NCBI RefSeq assembly: GCF_001194135.2
Contig: NC_068982.1
Coordinates: 32,219,855 to 32,283,854, forward strand
DNA from: Octopus bimaculoides
Lineage: Eukaryota
Length of the DNA: 64,000 bases
Direction of reading: 5' to 3'
This document shows, in pieces, positions 63,142-64,000 of this stretch (position 1 is its first letter; each line of letters begins with the position of its first letter). Made by a program: the position numbers and the translations under genes. The notes beneath the pieces were generated by a model. It was not told where the DNA came from, did no database searches, and saw only the letters and a list, made by a program, of their open reading frames with translations.

Positions 63142-63592
63142 ACCGAAAAAACCGTGTTCGTAAACCTCCATTTTATTCGAGAGAGGGCGGCTTTCGTAAT
63201 TACGTAGATGCGCGTCGCGGCGGCACAGCTATCGAACACAAACCACCTGATGGCCTTTTGTAAGATACTCTGTGTCCGGGTCGCATAATGGAACGTCAGA
63301 AGATCATATATCCGAAAAAGAAGACATACTCTAAGCATTAGAACAGTAATGTATTTACAAGCGTATAAGTAACTTCCTTTAAGTACATTACTGCTCTAAT
63401 GTTTAAAGTGTGCTTTTTTTCGGATATGTCATCCACTAGCATTCCATCACGTGGCCCGGATACAGAGTGTCTTACAAAAGGCCACCAGGTGGTTTGGGCT
63501 CGATAACTGTACCGCTGCTAGGAGCATCTACGTAAACATAAAAAGCCACCATCTTTCGAATAAAACGGAGTTTTGCGAACTCGGTTATTCGA
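63142..63592. repeat. About 450-bp diverged palindrome (foldback element)
   Basis: 63142-about 63362 matches the reverse complement of about 63377-63592 almost to the centre. Confidence 0.8.
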
Positions 63593-63619
63593 CAACATGT
63601 ATGTATGTGTGGGGGGAGG

Positions 63620-63657
<38 letters not shown>

Positions 63658-64000
63658 TGACTGCTACATGTGTATTATCATAACACAATCTGCTTAAGTA
63701 TAACGGCATGATTACTACTAAGTTATATTATATACAGAAGAAATAAATTTTATCGTAATTTACGACTGGGCCAGCCTTAGTGTATATTTATATGTGTATA
63801 TATACATATAACGCAGCGTCTCACAAAAATTGTAAGTAGTTCGTAAACTTATCCTCCGACGCTACTCTATCTCTTTCTCTTTCCTTTCTCTCCCCCCTCG
63901 TTCTTCCTCTGTACTACTACGTATCTCGCCTTACCCCTCATGTTCTTCCTCTGTTACTACTACGTATCTCCTTTCCCCCTCGTATTTCCTCTCTTTCTCT

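Overview
AT-rich, microsatellite-dense animal genomic DNA with five N-gaps. The repeat families look like Octopus (coleoid cephalopod); this is recognition from sequence, not a database result. Most identifiable sequence is decayed mobile DNA. Non-LTR elements: an R4/Dong-clade element (RT part at 8.76-12.07 kb, restriction-like endonuclease part at 50.3-51.1 kb), Tx1/L1-clade LINEs (24.75-27.87 kb +; 51.2-55.65 kb -) and RTE fragments. DNA elements: a full-length dead mariner (44186-45471), Tc1 and hAT remnants, several MITE/foldback elements. At least four SINE-like families are also present. No intact transposon ORF was found. CpG is nearly absent left of about 48.3 kb and common to the right. 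This fits a minus-strand host gene starting near 49.3 kb (candidate first coding exon MDNGNDRMAYNIGNVAE) with a methylated body running leftwards through the window; its product is not recognised and the exon calls are tentative. The best leads are: (i) Tx1-like LINE 5' ends sitting directly on (ATT)n, beside an R4/Dong element on (AAT)n; (ii) a truncated Tx1 copy capped by a perfect 65-bp inverted copy of its own 5' end and joined head-to-tail to another copy; (iii) two phase-compatible candidate exons each carrying a single in-frame TGA; (iv) several long foldback palindromes.
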